Assembly (NCBI RefSeq): GCF_964355755.1
Contig: NC_092676.1
Location: 28,848,871 to 28,912,870 of the forward strand
From: Antedon mediterranea
Lineage: Eukaryota > Animalia > Echinodermata
Length of the DNA: 64,000 nt
Reading direction: 5' to 3'
Shown: in pieces, positions 52,801-64,000 of the stretch
Layout: each line of letters starts with the position of its first letter
Numbering within the stretch: the first letter of the stretch is position 1
Notes under the pieces: model-generated
Seen by the model: the letters and a program-made list of their open reading frames with translations, nothing else
Database searches by the model: none
What the model was told of the DNA's origin: nothing
Translations under genes and position numbers: made by a program

Positions 52801-54034
52801 CGATGTCTACATGTGCACTTTACAATTTAATTTGCATAATTATTTCAGAAATCAGATGAGCCAAAATCAGATTCAGGAAAGAAGAAAGGAAAAGGAATTC
52901 TATCAAAATTAAGCATAAACAGAAAAAAGAAAGGCGGACTAAAGGTATACACATCATGCATTACGATCTTATTTCATTAAGTAACCTAAATATGTATGTT
53001 TATTTATCGTAATTTATTATCGTCTTAGTATAAACATGCTTTTAGACCGCAAGTTATTCTGATTTTTTTTAAATGACACAATTATTTTGTTAAGGCCTTG
53101 TTGATGGACAAAGCAAAAGATAGTTTGAAAAAAGAAGCTGCAGCAAAAGAACAAAAGAAACAGGACTTTATCTCAGCACATGTGGCGTCAATCGACACAA
53201 ACGGAATGGGGGATGACGAACTGGCCAACCTCTGTGCATCCCTCTATGATGACATTCTTAAAGTTGAAGGAGATATATTTGATATTGAACTGTTCATCCG
53301 TAGACAAGACTGGGAGGTACAGCTATTATACTTAAAATGTTATTACATTCAGTGGCTTTGAACACTCGCTAATCCCAAGGGCCCCGGAGCATATAAACCC
53401 ATTAAAATACGTCAAAAAAGCCAAAAATGGCATAGGGTTCCTAAACCAGGAGCCTCAGGCCTCTGCATTACCCTACTGATTACATTACACATTTCCAAAT
53501 CTCTGAAGTCAATATATTAAGACTACTATGTGGGTGGTCAGAGCCCATGGATCTTTTTTTAGTTCACTCACCTCCAAATATGGGCTTGAAAAATGATGAT
53601 GAAATAAAATGTTTTCTTCCAAAGATTGCTGAGCTACAAGGTCAAGCCAATGAAGCCAAAGGAAAATTGTAAGTTTTCATTTGTATCATTATGATTATTA
53701 ATTAATATTTTCCCTAATATTTACATTTTTCATCATGTAATAACTAGACAATGAGAAATGGTAATGTTAAACATGTACAGTAATTCTTCATAGAGAATAA
53801 AAACATATTACTGTATATATAGAACAATCTTCATCAAAGCACATTAGCTAAAAAGATCAACTATTAAAATATATATGAGAAACGCATTGACTAAACTGTA
53901 CCTAATTTTTCAACAGCATTAAACCACAACTTAAGAAAGTTGAAAAACAAACGAAGATTCAAGTTGAAAGTAGCCAAAATGATCAAATGAGGAGCGGTAT
54001 CCTATCACTCAAGCATACTGGGCCAGCTTTGTAA
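43802..54034 (+). CDS. TnI: Troponin I, invertebrate type with long Glu/Arg-rich N-terminal extension, about 412 aa, 13 coding exons
   Basis: Exons 43802-43881, 45042-45113, 46738-46834, 47974-48048, 49894-49998, 51160-51171, 51418-51441, 51858-52082, 52236-52304, 52849-52944, 53095-53316, 53625-53668, 53917-54034. The core RKKKGGLKALLMDKAKDSLKKE...ELANLCASLYDDILKVEGDIFDIELFIRRQDWEIAELQGQANEAKGKFIKPQLKKV matches the TnI IT-arm and the inhibitory peptide (GKFxxPxLxxV). Confidence 0.88.
47618..47748. mobile_element. MITE family A copy
   Basis: AGCTCTGTCTACACTATCAAAA...CATAAAGTTTGATAGTGTA. Confidence 0.8.
48750..48870. repeat. 19-bp minisatellite (about 6 copies) built on a 16-bp palindrome
   Basis: (TTGTTTACATTAATGTAAA)n; TTTACATTAATGTAAA is self-complementary. 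Confidence 0.9.
49253..49701. repeat. 75-bp minisatellite, 6 identical copies
   Basis: TTGTAAGAAGGGGGAAGGGTGAGATGGTTTAAAGAGTGACACACTATGAATATCATAGGCACGTACTGAATTTAA x6, with no spacers. Confidence 0.95.
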
Positions 54035-55664
54035 AAACAATAAGGTAAGGGGGGTTTATTTTGGGGGTTTGGTCATCAGATAGGTACAATTGACGTGATC
54101 TATATGCACATACAATACATCTGAAAAGTGATACTAAGTGTTTTTTTACATTGAGTAACAATGAGGAAAGGAGGGCTGCCTACTCTGGATCTTGTAAAAT
54201 AATATTAATTTAAAATGAATGTTTAAACAACCATACAATGCTGATACTATATGAGTTTTACATTTAAAAAAAATATAAAGGAAAGTGTGAAGGGGCTGTT
54301 GGCTAAACTCTGGATCTGGTAGGTAGGCGCTGCACTGCTGGCTGCCGTGGGTCTGTTGAGGGCATAATCTAAATGTAATGTTTCCAGTTAAGCTTGAGGA
54401 CCAGAATAAACACCTTTAATACAACCATGTAATGCTAATGCTGCTACTGCTAAGTGAACAATTAAAAGCTATGTTTCTATTTCATTTTTCTCCAGGTAAC
54501 AGAGATGGAAAGACAGAAAGCGGTGGTTAATGTTGACACCAATAAACTTCAACTAAGTCGGCTAATTCAGAACTTAGCCATGTATCATTACAGATACCAA
54601 TGAACTATAACAGTGGATACAAACAACGTAGCATAGAATATTTAGCCAGGCTATCAAAATGTTAGATACCGTCTTCATTTTATGATTTTAAATTTTAATT
54701 CTTTCTGGATAATTATCATTGGAACTTGAAAGTAAGTTTTCTAAATCAGTTAGTCATTTAGGTAGGTGCAGTGTTTAATAATTAAAAAAAATAAAGTTGG
54801 AACACGACAATTCATTTATGTTCAACTTTTTAATTAGATTATTTCTTGGCTTGAAAAACTTCATTAGTGTAACATATCAGGATATAAACCTACTCCTATT
54901 GGGACTTGTGTTTCATACTGTATAATACATATATAATATATTATGAGAATCAAGAATCAGAGAACTTGATATTTATGTAAACCCAAGCTCTCAATATGCA
55001 CACCAAATATGGTAGGTTTATAGCCATATATATAATTACTGTGTAGGAATAATAATTATAAAAATCCATGTGGCATATCCTTCAGGTCTGTAATGTTTAT
55101 TAAAGACAGAAAAGCAGAATAGCTACAGCAACATGTAATCAAAGTAATACATGTCTGGATTCAATTTCAACATTATTAAGTCAAGAAAGTACACTTTTTA
55201 TTTAGAAATGAAGCAATTTCACAACTTTTGTTACCACTACTTTAAAATTCCTTATTACCTTATTTAACAACTTGTATAGAAAACGAACGATTTTTTCTTT
55301 ATATGTAAGCGTAGTATTTATGATCAGTAACCATAGAAACCAATATCGATGTATTTGCTGTTAAAATAAGTAGAATTGAATAAAATCAGATAAATACAGA
55401 AATTGATACTTCCAAAGAACATATGTTGTGGTGAAATTTTTGTTCTGGTTGTTTTCAATTAGCGTTTGTGTGAAAAGAGCAGCACCATTAGTGAAAAGGG
55501 CAGCACTATTAGTGAAAGGGCAGCACCATTAGTTACAAAAAAAAAAACCTCTTGCACAAAAAAATAATCCTTTAGAACATTTGTAGGTAGGTTTATTGTT
55601 ACTAACCCAAACTTAGCTAAATTTTGATAAATTGTAATGAAGGTTATTCCATAAAAAGTACAGA

Positions 55665-55852
55665 CAGTGGCGTCACGGCTTAACGCCTGTGAGCAGGCGT
55701 TAGAATACAGATATGAACGCTCAACGCCTGTGAGCAGGAATTAGAATACAGATATGACTGGTTCTGTCCATCTTAGCGGCTATGAACGCTTAACGCCTGT
55801 GAGCAGGCATTAGAATACAGATATGACTGGTTCTGTCCATCTTAGCGGCTTG
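55665..55852. repeat. Complex tandem repeat with three hairpin units
   Basis: TAACGCCTG-TGAG-CAGGCGTTA-GAATACAGATATG x3 (the later copies are mutated), plus ACTGGTTCTGTCCATCTTAGCGGCT x2. Begins near a CAGTGGCGT hAT-like terminus. Confidence 0.75.
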
Positions 55853-57523
55853 ACATCCTGATAAAGAACAAGTTAATGGTTAAACCAAAAAACCAAAAGC
55901 TACTTCTTAAATGAATTAAAGAAAACCATTAAAGGGGACGCATCCAATATCGGGGTCTACGTTTCTCTTTTTCACGGACAATGGCAACAGGTGTAGGAAG
56001 AGCTATTGTGTATTAAAATGCAAAACTCTTTAATAATAGAAATTGTACAATCATTTTTTGCAATGTTATTGAAGAATGTAAATAGACTATGTCTACTGAT
56101 TGAGGTGAAGCTTATAGCAAGTTTTCTTTGTTTCAAATTATTTATTTCCCTTTGTAACTTATTGCGTTGATAGTCTTTCGTATTAATGTCAAACTAATAA
56201 GATATTAAAATTTGTTTATGTATTTAAATGAATCAAATTTTACCAATTCGTGGTACATAGTTTGAACTATTATATGTTATTGTAAATTAATGTAAAAAAA
56301 ATATGTTTAAGAAAAAAATGTAAAAAAAAATAATTTAGATATTGGTTAATTTAATTGCGCTTTTCCCCAAAACAAAAACAATGGCTGTCTTTGTACCACT
56401 CAATTTTATTCATTTGAAACAATTGCATGCATGGTAGAAATTTGTTTACAATTCTTTTTTATAGATATTTAAAAAAATACTGTATTGTTTATAACAACAG
56501 AATGCGAGTCTAGAACAATATATTCTTTTCTGAATAAATATTTTCTTTGCTAATGTTATTTACTTTTATTTTTTTACAAAATTTGTTCAGATTTTGTTAA
56601 ATGAAATACATACTATATTAATTCTATGAATCTGTAATCACAAAATAAACCCATTTAAATTCACCTGTGGGTTACAAATTGGGTGATATATATCATGCCC
56701 TGGAACCAGTGAATTTAAAGCTCTGTCTACACTACCAAACTAGTTTGACTAAGAAAATGTGATATGCCCAAATATTACATAGCCTATGTAAATACGCGAA
56801 CGTGATTGGTTGAAACTGCATCACATGACTACCGCTGCGAGGATCGTAAATCGTATATATCCTCGAGAACGATGATATTGACTGTGTAATTTTCGCGTAA
56901 TTATCGTGTCCCCTGTCATTAATCATATAAATTCTCGAGTACGATGATATTGACTGTGTAATTTTCGTGTGCAACACTCGAGTTTGCCGATAAATAAACA
57001 AAAGTCATCTACTCGATCTTGAACTCGGGTGGAATTGTCACTCCATCGCAAGACAACGTTTCATCCGCTGGGCCACGGAATTTGCTTGAAGAAATTAATC
57101 TTCTAAACTATTTAAGCTATGCATACATAGCGCCCTCATTTGTTATAAGTCCACCCTAAATGTGATGAAACACCGTTTGTGATTGGTCAATACTCACGGT
57201 AGTAACCTAGTAACTAGTACGCGCTGAACATCCGGTGATTCGGCTCCTCTCGAAGATCGAGAGAAGACGAATTGTTTATTCGGCCTACCTGATTATAATG
57301 TTATTATTAATAGGCTTATTGATGGAAATTCTTCTGTTAATTTAAACGACCTAGGCCCAAGTGAATATTTTATTGCCAAGGAATCATTAATTAGTAATTA
57401 TCTGTATATTATTCTTCGCAAGGTAAGGTGTCTAGGCAGGCTTGTTTTAAATACAATACAAATACTATAGGAGGCCTAGCCTAGCTTCACCCAACCCAGC
57501 AGACTTGTTCTTGGCTATATAAT

Positions 57524-57713
57524 ATAACAGATATTGCCTTTTATATCGGTTAAATATAAGATTTGACATCCCCTCGGGAATGATATTAAGTTCTCGGGGA
57601 ATATATATTTCCCTCAGCTGGCGCTTCGGGAAATATATATTCCCTCGAACTTAATATCATTCCCTCGGGGATGTCAAATCTTATATTTAACCTCTAAGCA
57701 GTCAATATCTGTA
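57524..57713. mobile_element. Near-perfect palindromic (foldback) MITE
   Basis: TATACAGATATTG..GGTTAAATATAAGATTTGACATCCCC...GGGGATGTCAAATCTTATATTTAACC..CAATATCTGTATA. It lies within the about 950-bp block that splits a family A MITE (56719-56775 / 57724-57809). Confidence 0.8.
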
Positions 57714-58057
57714 TAATACAGTATGGTATGCCTAAATATACTAGTGATATGACATGTCCATTATATAGGCACATGTTTTTGTCACAAAGTTTGATAGTGA
57801 AGACAGAGCTTACAAAGAGGTTATTTTGAAAATAATTAAGCACTTGGTAAAAGAGTGTACTATAGTACTTCAATTTAAACTTACCAGCTATCAATAATGT
57901 ATATGTAGTATTTCGCTCAAAACTGGAATTTTAACTAATAAAACAAACTTTTCAATGTCGTTTTTAAGAGAGTTTTAGAAAATAAACCAATCTGGCTTGT
58001 ATTGCAAGAGGCCATATAAACATGTATAAATCAGTGATTGTATGAAATATCTTTTTA

Positions 58058-59166
58058 TTAAAGATGTATTGTCCCTTGAAACACAAAAAAATGAAGGTCA
58101 AAATATTCTAAATTTAAAGTGGACATATCAAAGTAATATTAAAGATGTATTGTCCCTTGAAACACAAAAAAATGAAGGTAAAAATATTCTAAATTTAAAG
58201 TGGCCATATCAAAGTAATATTAAAGTTATTCACTTTAAGTCGAAAATTTGAGCCAAAAACAACAAGTTTACGTAATTAACAGGTAAATTAGTTTGATTAC
58301 ATTTCATCTGGAAAATCGTCACGAGCGAAAGTAAACAAAGATTTCAAACCATGAGTACGCATTATGCATATGCTAAATTAGGATTGTTTACAACTCGTCA
58401 CGGTTAAGAAGGTATTTTCACACAGATCATGAGGAAGTTTTATGATTATGCATACAGAGTAGCCGAACAAGCGCGTTACATTATGGGATATGTTTTGATT
58501 GAAAACTTTGACTGGAAGTCAAAGTTATTTTTTTAACAAAAAAACGTCTGTATTTCAGTTAAAAAAATGTTTTTTCCGAAAAATTTTTGGTGATAGTTAA
58601 TAACTATTATGATACTTCAAAATGACCCACCTTTTTTCGAAATCTTTTATTTTTTATTTTTTTGGAATTAGTCAAAGGGACAATGCATCTTTAAAGTTAT
58701 TCACTTTAAGTCGAAAATTTAAGCCAAAACAACAAGTTTACGTAATTAACAGGTAAATTAGTTTGATTACATTTCATCTGGAAAATCGTCACAAGCGAAA
58801 GTAAACAAAGATTTCAAACCATGAGTACGCATTACGCATATGCTAAATTAGGATTGTTTACAACTCGTCACGGTTAAGAAGGTATTTTCACACAGATCAT
58901 GAGGAAGTTTTATGATTATGCATACAGAGTAGCCAAACAAGTGCGTTGCATTATGGGATATGTTTTGATTGAAAACTTTGACTGGAAGTCAAAGTTATTT
59001 TTTTAACAAAAAAACGTCTGTATTTCAGTTAAAAAATTTTTTTTTTTTCGAAAAATTTTTGGTGATAGTTAATAACTATTATGACACTTCAAAATGGCCC
59101 ACCTTTTTTCGAAATCTTTTATTTTTTATTTTTTTGGAATTAGTCAAAGGGACAATACATCTTTAA
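58058..59166. mobile_element. TTAA-flanked Kolobok-like non-autonomous element with both halves tandemly duplicated (81 bp x2 + about 471 bp x2)
   Basis: TIR TTAA-AGATGTATTGTCCC ... GGGACAATACATCT-TTAA. Repeat junctions at TTAA 58058, 58139, 58220, 58691 and 59163. Confidence 0.8.
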
Positions 59167-59601
59167 GTTTTTAACCGAAAGTTCTTTCCAATCTCTGAGT
59201 GTAATATCGAGTTATGTTCCCTCCCCAAATTCAAAATCGCTTGAATACTCTCATGCTTCGGTAATTATCCCGAAAAGTTCGACCCAGCAAAACAAACAAC
59301 TGATCAGTAAACTCTGCTTCAATAGAATACGTGTTGTAATGTCTTTGTGTGAATACTGCCACCACGCTGACTAATTCCCTGATAATCAACATGATGATTG
59401 TGGGAACTAATTCCCTGATAATCAGCATGATGATTGTGGGAACTCATAACAATGTAGATGTGTTGAAAACAAGAACAAGACACGACTGCCTCACGCACTC
59501 ATCTTCAAATGGGCATCGCCAATTGAATGTTAAGAAACATGAACGAATGCGAAAGCATCATTGACAACATTGTTAAACCGTATTACAGCACTAGGATTAC
59601 G

Positions 59602-62600
59602 TCAAGTTTTACCCGGATGTTGTAATTTGGCTGCAAGATCCGGATGAGAATTCTTAAGGTGAGATGAAAGTGTTTTCAAAAGTTTCGGTGAACAACTTTT
59701 AAGTTGTCTGAGTAGCGACGTCTTTTCACCCTGACAAATAATATTGATTTTTAATGTACTTTTAATCAAGAAAAATAACCGTCTGCCACGATGGTGTTAT
59801 AAAAAAGGTAAGATGAAGAGATACAGTAATAGAAAAAAAAGCAACAAAATCTTACTTGATTGACTTCAACAAAAAAATCTGTCAGAAGGGATAACAGCAT
59901 GTTTGTTTGTTTGTTGTCTACATCATATTCTTCCTCCTCATTACCATGGTGATTGTTGTCCGATTTCTGTATACTTGCAGTGTCTGTTGTGGTTTCTGAA
60001 GATGAAGACTTTTCTTGCGTAGTGCGGGTAGAATCACTCGTGGATGTTTTAACAAATTTCTTTGCCATCTCTGATGAAAATCTCCTCAAACGTTGTGTGC
60101 TTGATATTAATGTTTTAAGTATGGAGAGGAGAAATCTAAATAATGTTGAAACTGAAATTAAAAGTACAATAAATGTCCAGCAATTGGCAGTTACTTTACA
60201 TATGTTTACTGAATCTTAATACACAGGCAAAGATGTATCTGTCTATAAATATACAAATAATGAATGATGAGTGTAATAGTACAAATAATGGCATGAAGTG
60301 AATGATGGAAGTTATCATGTGACCCACAATCGTCCAATCAAATGACAGGAATGTATTTAGGTGTTATATAACACAATCTAATTGATTAGTTTAAATGGCT
60401 GTCAAAGATGTATTTACAGTATATTAAGAAAAGTCATGCATTCTAAAAATTCAAACTAAGTCCATTACTATTATTTATACACAATCATCACCCAGGTGCA
60501 CAAAACAGCATATTCGGCTTTAGTCTAGTACAGTAGTTACACTGTAGTTCTCACACAGAAGTACAAATGGGTGTCCACAATTGGTGAACCAAAAGAATTG
60601 TAATACCTTGTTCATCATCTCCCATATCAGAGTTGACGAGCAACACTTGAAGAATGGACACTACAGAAGAAAGCGCCCTCTCTCTTCCGACGATAGTCAC
60701 AACATCATCTTCACATATTGTTTCTAAATATTCATAGAGTATTGGAAAAACTTGACTGCAACATTCGACTATAACAAAAGAAAAAAATAATAAAATGTGA
60801 TGTGCCCATATATGAACATGATGATGTCATACCGCTACCATATTTGGGTATATCACTACCATATTTGGTAGTGTAGACAGAGCTTAAGTTCTACCTAAAA
60901 CTTTGACTCCTTCTTGCTCTGTTGAGAGAACTTGCAGACAATGTAGTAACATATCATAACACTCTTCTTTCTTGTTCTTCACCTCTTTGCTAGCCTCCAC
61001 CACAGCCTGTACAAAGTTACTGTTGCTAAGTGACACCAATATATCCTGATCAGAATCGAGTAAAACGTCCAACAAACAAGAAACGTTGAATACGAGATCA
61101 GCTGAAAAACCAAGTACTGCACCATAAACACAGTTGTTTAAGTTTGGAAGCTTAAAACAATTTAAAGGCCAAAACAATTTCTATTGATCAATCATACATT
61201 CCAATAATTATCGATCTATAATTTTCCCTATGTTTCATAATTGTTAGAACTTTTATTGTGCTACACGATTTTGTTGAAAATAAACATTTTCTTATCAGTG
61301 GGGGATAGTTCAAATTACACGGTAAACTCTCGATTCTTTTGTACACAAATGTAAAAAAAAAGGCATTTTTAAACAATTAGGGAAAATAAATATAATATGA
61401 ATATTACGTTTCTGGTGTTTTTATTCAACTTCAACAGATTTTTAATTTGTGTGCTATAGCAAAAATTATCCACCAACTTGTTTGCAATTTATTACAGTAA
61501 GTCCGGTACCTGCTACAATTTGATAGAACATTTAAATAATTTCTTAACTAAATAGCCATTCATAATAATATAATTATGTCATAATGTGGAGACTCCTTGG
61601 CATTAAGTGCAAAACATCTGGGTTAAATGCCAATAGCACGTATATATTTTGAATGAGTTTTCAAATATTGATACAATTCAGTACTTACAGTTTGTAGAGC
61701 TAAGTAAAATAAAAGTAAGTGCATCTAGGCTGGTTGAATTCTTCTTTATGTCTGTGAGCCAAGGTTTACAAGTGGTCTGGTCAGCGATGCAGGCGTGTAG
61801 TAATCTTGAAAGCTCAACTAGAGTGGGCGGGTCTCGGCCTTCAAGAAGGGCTATTAACAAACCCCTATAGAACAATAAAGAAAATAAATACAAATTAAAT
61901 ATTGAATTTATATTATACATCAATTATGTGACTTTCTTGTAGTATTCATCAATGAACCCACATCACTCCCACTCCAAGTATGGAATAATGTCAATTACTA
62001 ATGTTCTGTCTACACTATCAAACTTTATGTGACAAAAAAAATGTGATGTGCCCATATATGGACATAATGATGTCAAATCACTACCATATTTGGGCACATC
62101 ACACAGCTTAAGATGTCAATGCTCCTAGTTATTAGAATTTAGAGTTAGGATATCAGGTAGTCCGTGTATACATTAATGTGTTTCTTACCGGAGTTGATCA
62201 TCTTCAGTAAAAACTTTTCTCATTTTTTCTGTACATGCCATATTAGCTAAGATTCCAATACAGATTTCCTAAAAAAGAAATAGAAAGTCTTCTAAACTAC
62301 TCTTAGTCAGCATTGTGTTTATGTTGTTTTTGCAAGTTCTCTGTCTACACTATCAAACTTTATGTGACAAAAAAATGTGATGTGCCCATATATAGACATG
62401 ATGATGTCATATCATTACCATATTTGGGCACATCACGCTTTTTTTTGTCAAACTAGTTTGATAGTGTAGAAAAACCTTTACAAAAGTAAATAGACTTACT
62501 GTGGTTCTAGGTGAATTTGTCTTAGCGACAACGCTGATGAGCATTTCAGCAGACTTCCATTCGTGGAGAAATGAAACAACTTCCTGAAAAGAATCCGATA

Positions 62601-63559
62601 TTGATTTTTTAAATTGATCAAAGGATTATTACATGGGATAAAACTTAGATGCAGTGGCGTAACACACAGGGCAAAGGCCCTGGTTTAGCACTCCTAAGGG
62701 GCCCTCCAACGCTGGGTAGTTGCATTGAACTGCTCATGCTCTGGGGTCTTTTGAGCTTGGGGCCCTAGGTTTAGCACTCCTAAGGGGCCCTCCAACGCTG
62801 GGTAGTTGCATTAAACTGCTCATGCTCTGGGGCCTTTTGAGCTTGGGGCCCTAGGTTTAGCCAGTGAGTGCCCATAACCGTTACAGCACCGCTTCTAATG
62901 AACTATGATCACTTGGCTCTCATTATTTGGAGAAATGTCATTTAAACATAACCACAGCAACTATTGGTTTTTGTTACGTATTACACTGTGTCTATAGTTA
63001 TTATAATAAATATTTGATGTGGGCCATTCTGCTATTCAAGAAAGATATATTACTTCAAAGGAGAAATGTTTTAGAGTGTAATTTACTTCCATTCAATGTA
63101 CAGTATCTTTTACCTCATTGGCTGACATATCCCATAATTTGCATAGCTCCTCCTCTAGTTCTTTGTCCATTTCAATTCCATTTGGATTATCATCATTATC
63201 TTTTTCATTACTTTTACTTGGCTCTTTTTCAACACCCTATAAAAAATGTAATTAACAGGTGAAGTAATCAAACTGAAACATAAATACAATTTGTAAAACT
63301 ACAGAAGGACAAAGCTGTCACATTGTTGTAATTGGTTCCTTCTCCTGTGGCGCCAAGTGTAAATCAACTCGATATGTTTATTATTATTATTAAAAGAAGA
63401 ATTTATAAAGCCTTAACTTAGTTGAGTAAATTATTACCTTTAAGAGATTAACAAGACATGACAAGACCCATTGTTTACTAAACACTGTACTTCCGATTAT
63501 GTCAGCTCGCAAAACATCTTGATCAATTAGATCCTCTGGGATTGGCGATGGATTTCGAT
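59602..63559 (-). CDS. SAAL1: Protein SAAL1 (serum amyloid A-like 1, ARM-like fold); start exon not located
   Basis: Exons (minus) 63559-63438, 63236-63114, 62583-62500, 62268-62189, 61864-61689, 61101-60895, 60768-60607, 60151-59856, 59730-59602 (TGA); phases are compatible. Motifs DRNPSP, DIIGSTVFSKQWV, EEELCKLWDMS, EICIGILANMAC and DPPTLVELSRLL match SAAL1. Confidence 0.9.
62652..62890. mobile_element. Short hAT-like element with an internal 86-bp tandem duplication
   Basis: CAGTGGCGTAAC ... GTTACAGCACCG ends. GGTTTAGCACTCCTAAGGGGCCCTCCAACGCTGGGTAG...GGGGCCCT occurs at 62682 and 62768. Confidence 0.6.
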
Positions 63560-64000
63560 CTGATAAATAAAATAAATAATTTTAATATTATAAATTAAAT
63601 TTTTGTTTGTTTAAATAATACATACAAGTTGTGAACACTGAAAAAATGACTAAAAAAAACTACAATACAATAATAAGCAGCACGTTTTGCAGGTGTTATG
63701 CAGATGATAATATCTTATTTTTATTCCTGCTGCAACCTTAAATCCACTAGATAGGTCTAGGCCGACGTCTAGAGAGGACAGACCCGACAGGTGGACACGT
63801 GCCTGCCCTCTCTCACGCCACCTCTCTAGCTAGGCTACACTGTTGTGTGTTGTACGACGGGAGCGTGGCCTATAGGCCTACTGTATGTAGGGTAGGCTAG
63901 GCTAGCTTTAAGTTTAGACTAGCCTACGCTATCGACGATATCATATGAAAAGATACATTTACACTATATAATTAATTATCAGATTCATATAAAGGACATT

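Noticed and set aside
57005-57085. tRNA-like sequence on the minus strand (A-box TGGCCCAGCGG, B-box-like GAGTTCAAG)
   Set aside because: No convincing acceptor or anticodon stems, and it is embedded in a repeat insertion. It is more likely a SINE or transposon-borne tRNA relic than a tRNA gene.
58042-58251. ORF with a 27-aa duplication
   Set aside because: It arises from the 81-bp duplicated left end of the TTAA element.

Overview
AT-rich eukaryotic genomic DNA with GT-AG introns and many short transposons. It comes from an invertebrate animal; an echinoderm or other non-chordate deuterostome is my inference from the gene content. Most entries in the ORF track are noise, and the real genes only appear once exons are spliced by hand. 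I reconstructed five multi-exon genes with consistent intron phases. (1) A 4-exon, 141-aa secreted prepropeptide at 1247-3489 (+): signal peptide, KR site, 44-aa six-cysteine peptide, G-KK amidation site, acidic tail; I cannot assign it to a known family. (2) A CNBD2-like cyclic-nucleotide-binding protein (-, 5639 to about 21671; the 5' linkage is uncertain). (3) An atypical Gyc88E-like soluble guanylyl cyclase (+, 29779-38801) with the O2-binding tyrosine and a C-terminal CAAX box. (4) An invertebrate-type troponin I with a long charged N-terminal extension and microexons (+, 43802-54034). (5) SAAL1 (-, 59602-63559; start exon not located). Non-genic content includes a truncated Penelope-like retroelement with inverted minimal hammerhead-ribozyme motifs, a solo hammerhead motif upstream of the troponin I coding exons, two high-copy MITE families, TTAA-flanked Kolobok-like elements (one with an A-A-B-B duplicated structure), nested insertions and several minisatellites. 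No CRISPR array, rRNA or intact tRNA was found. All assignments come from reading the sequence and recalled family motifs; no database search was run.
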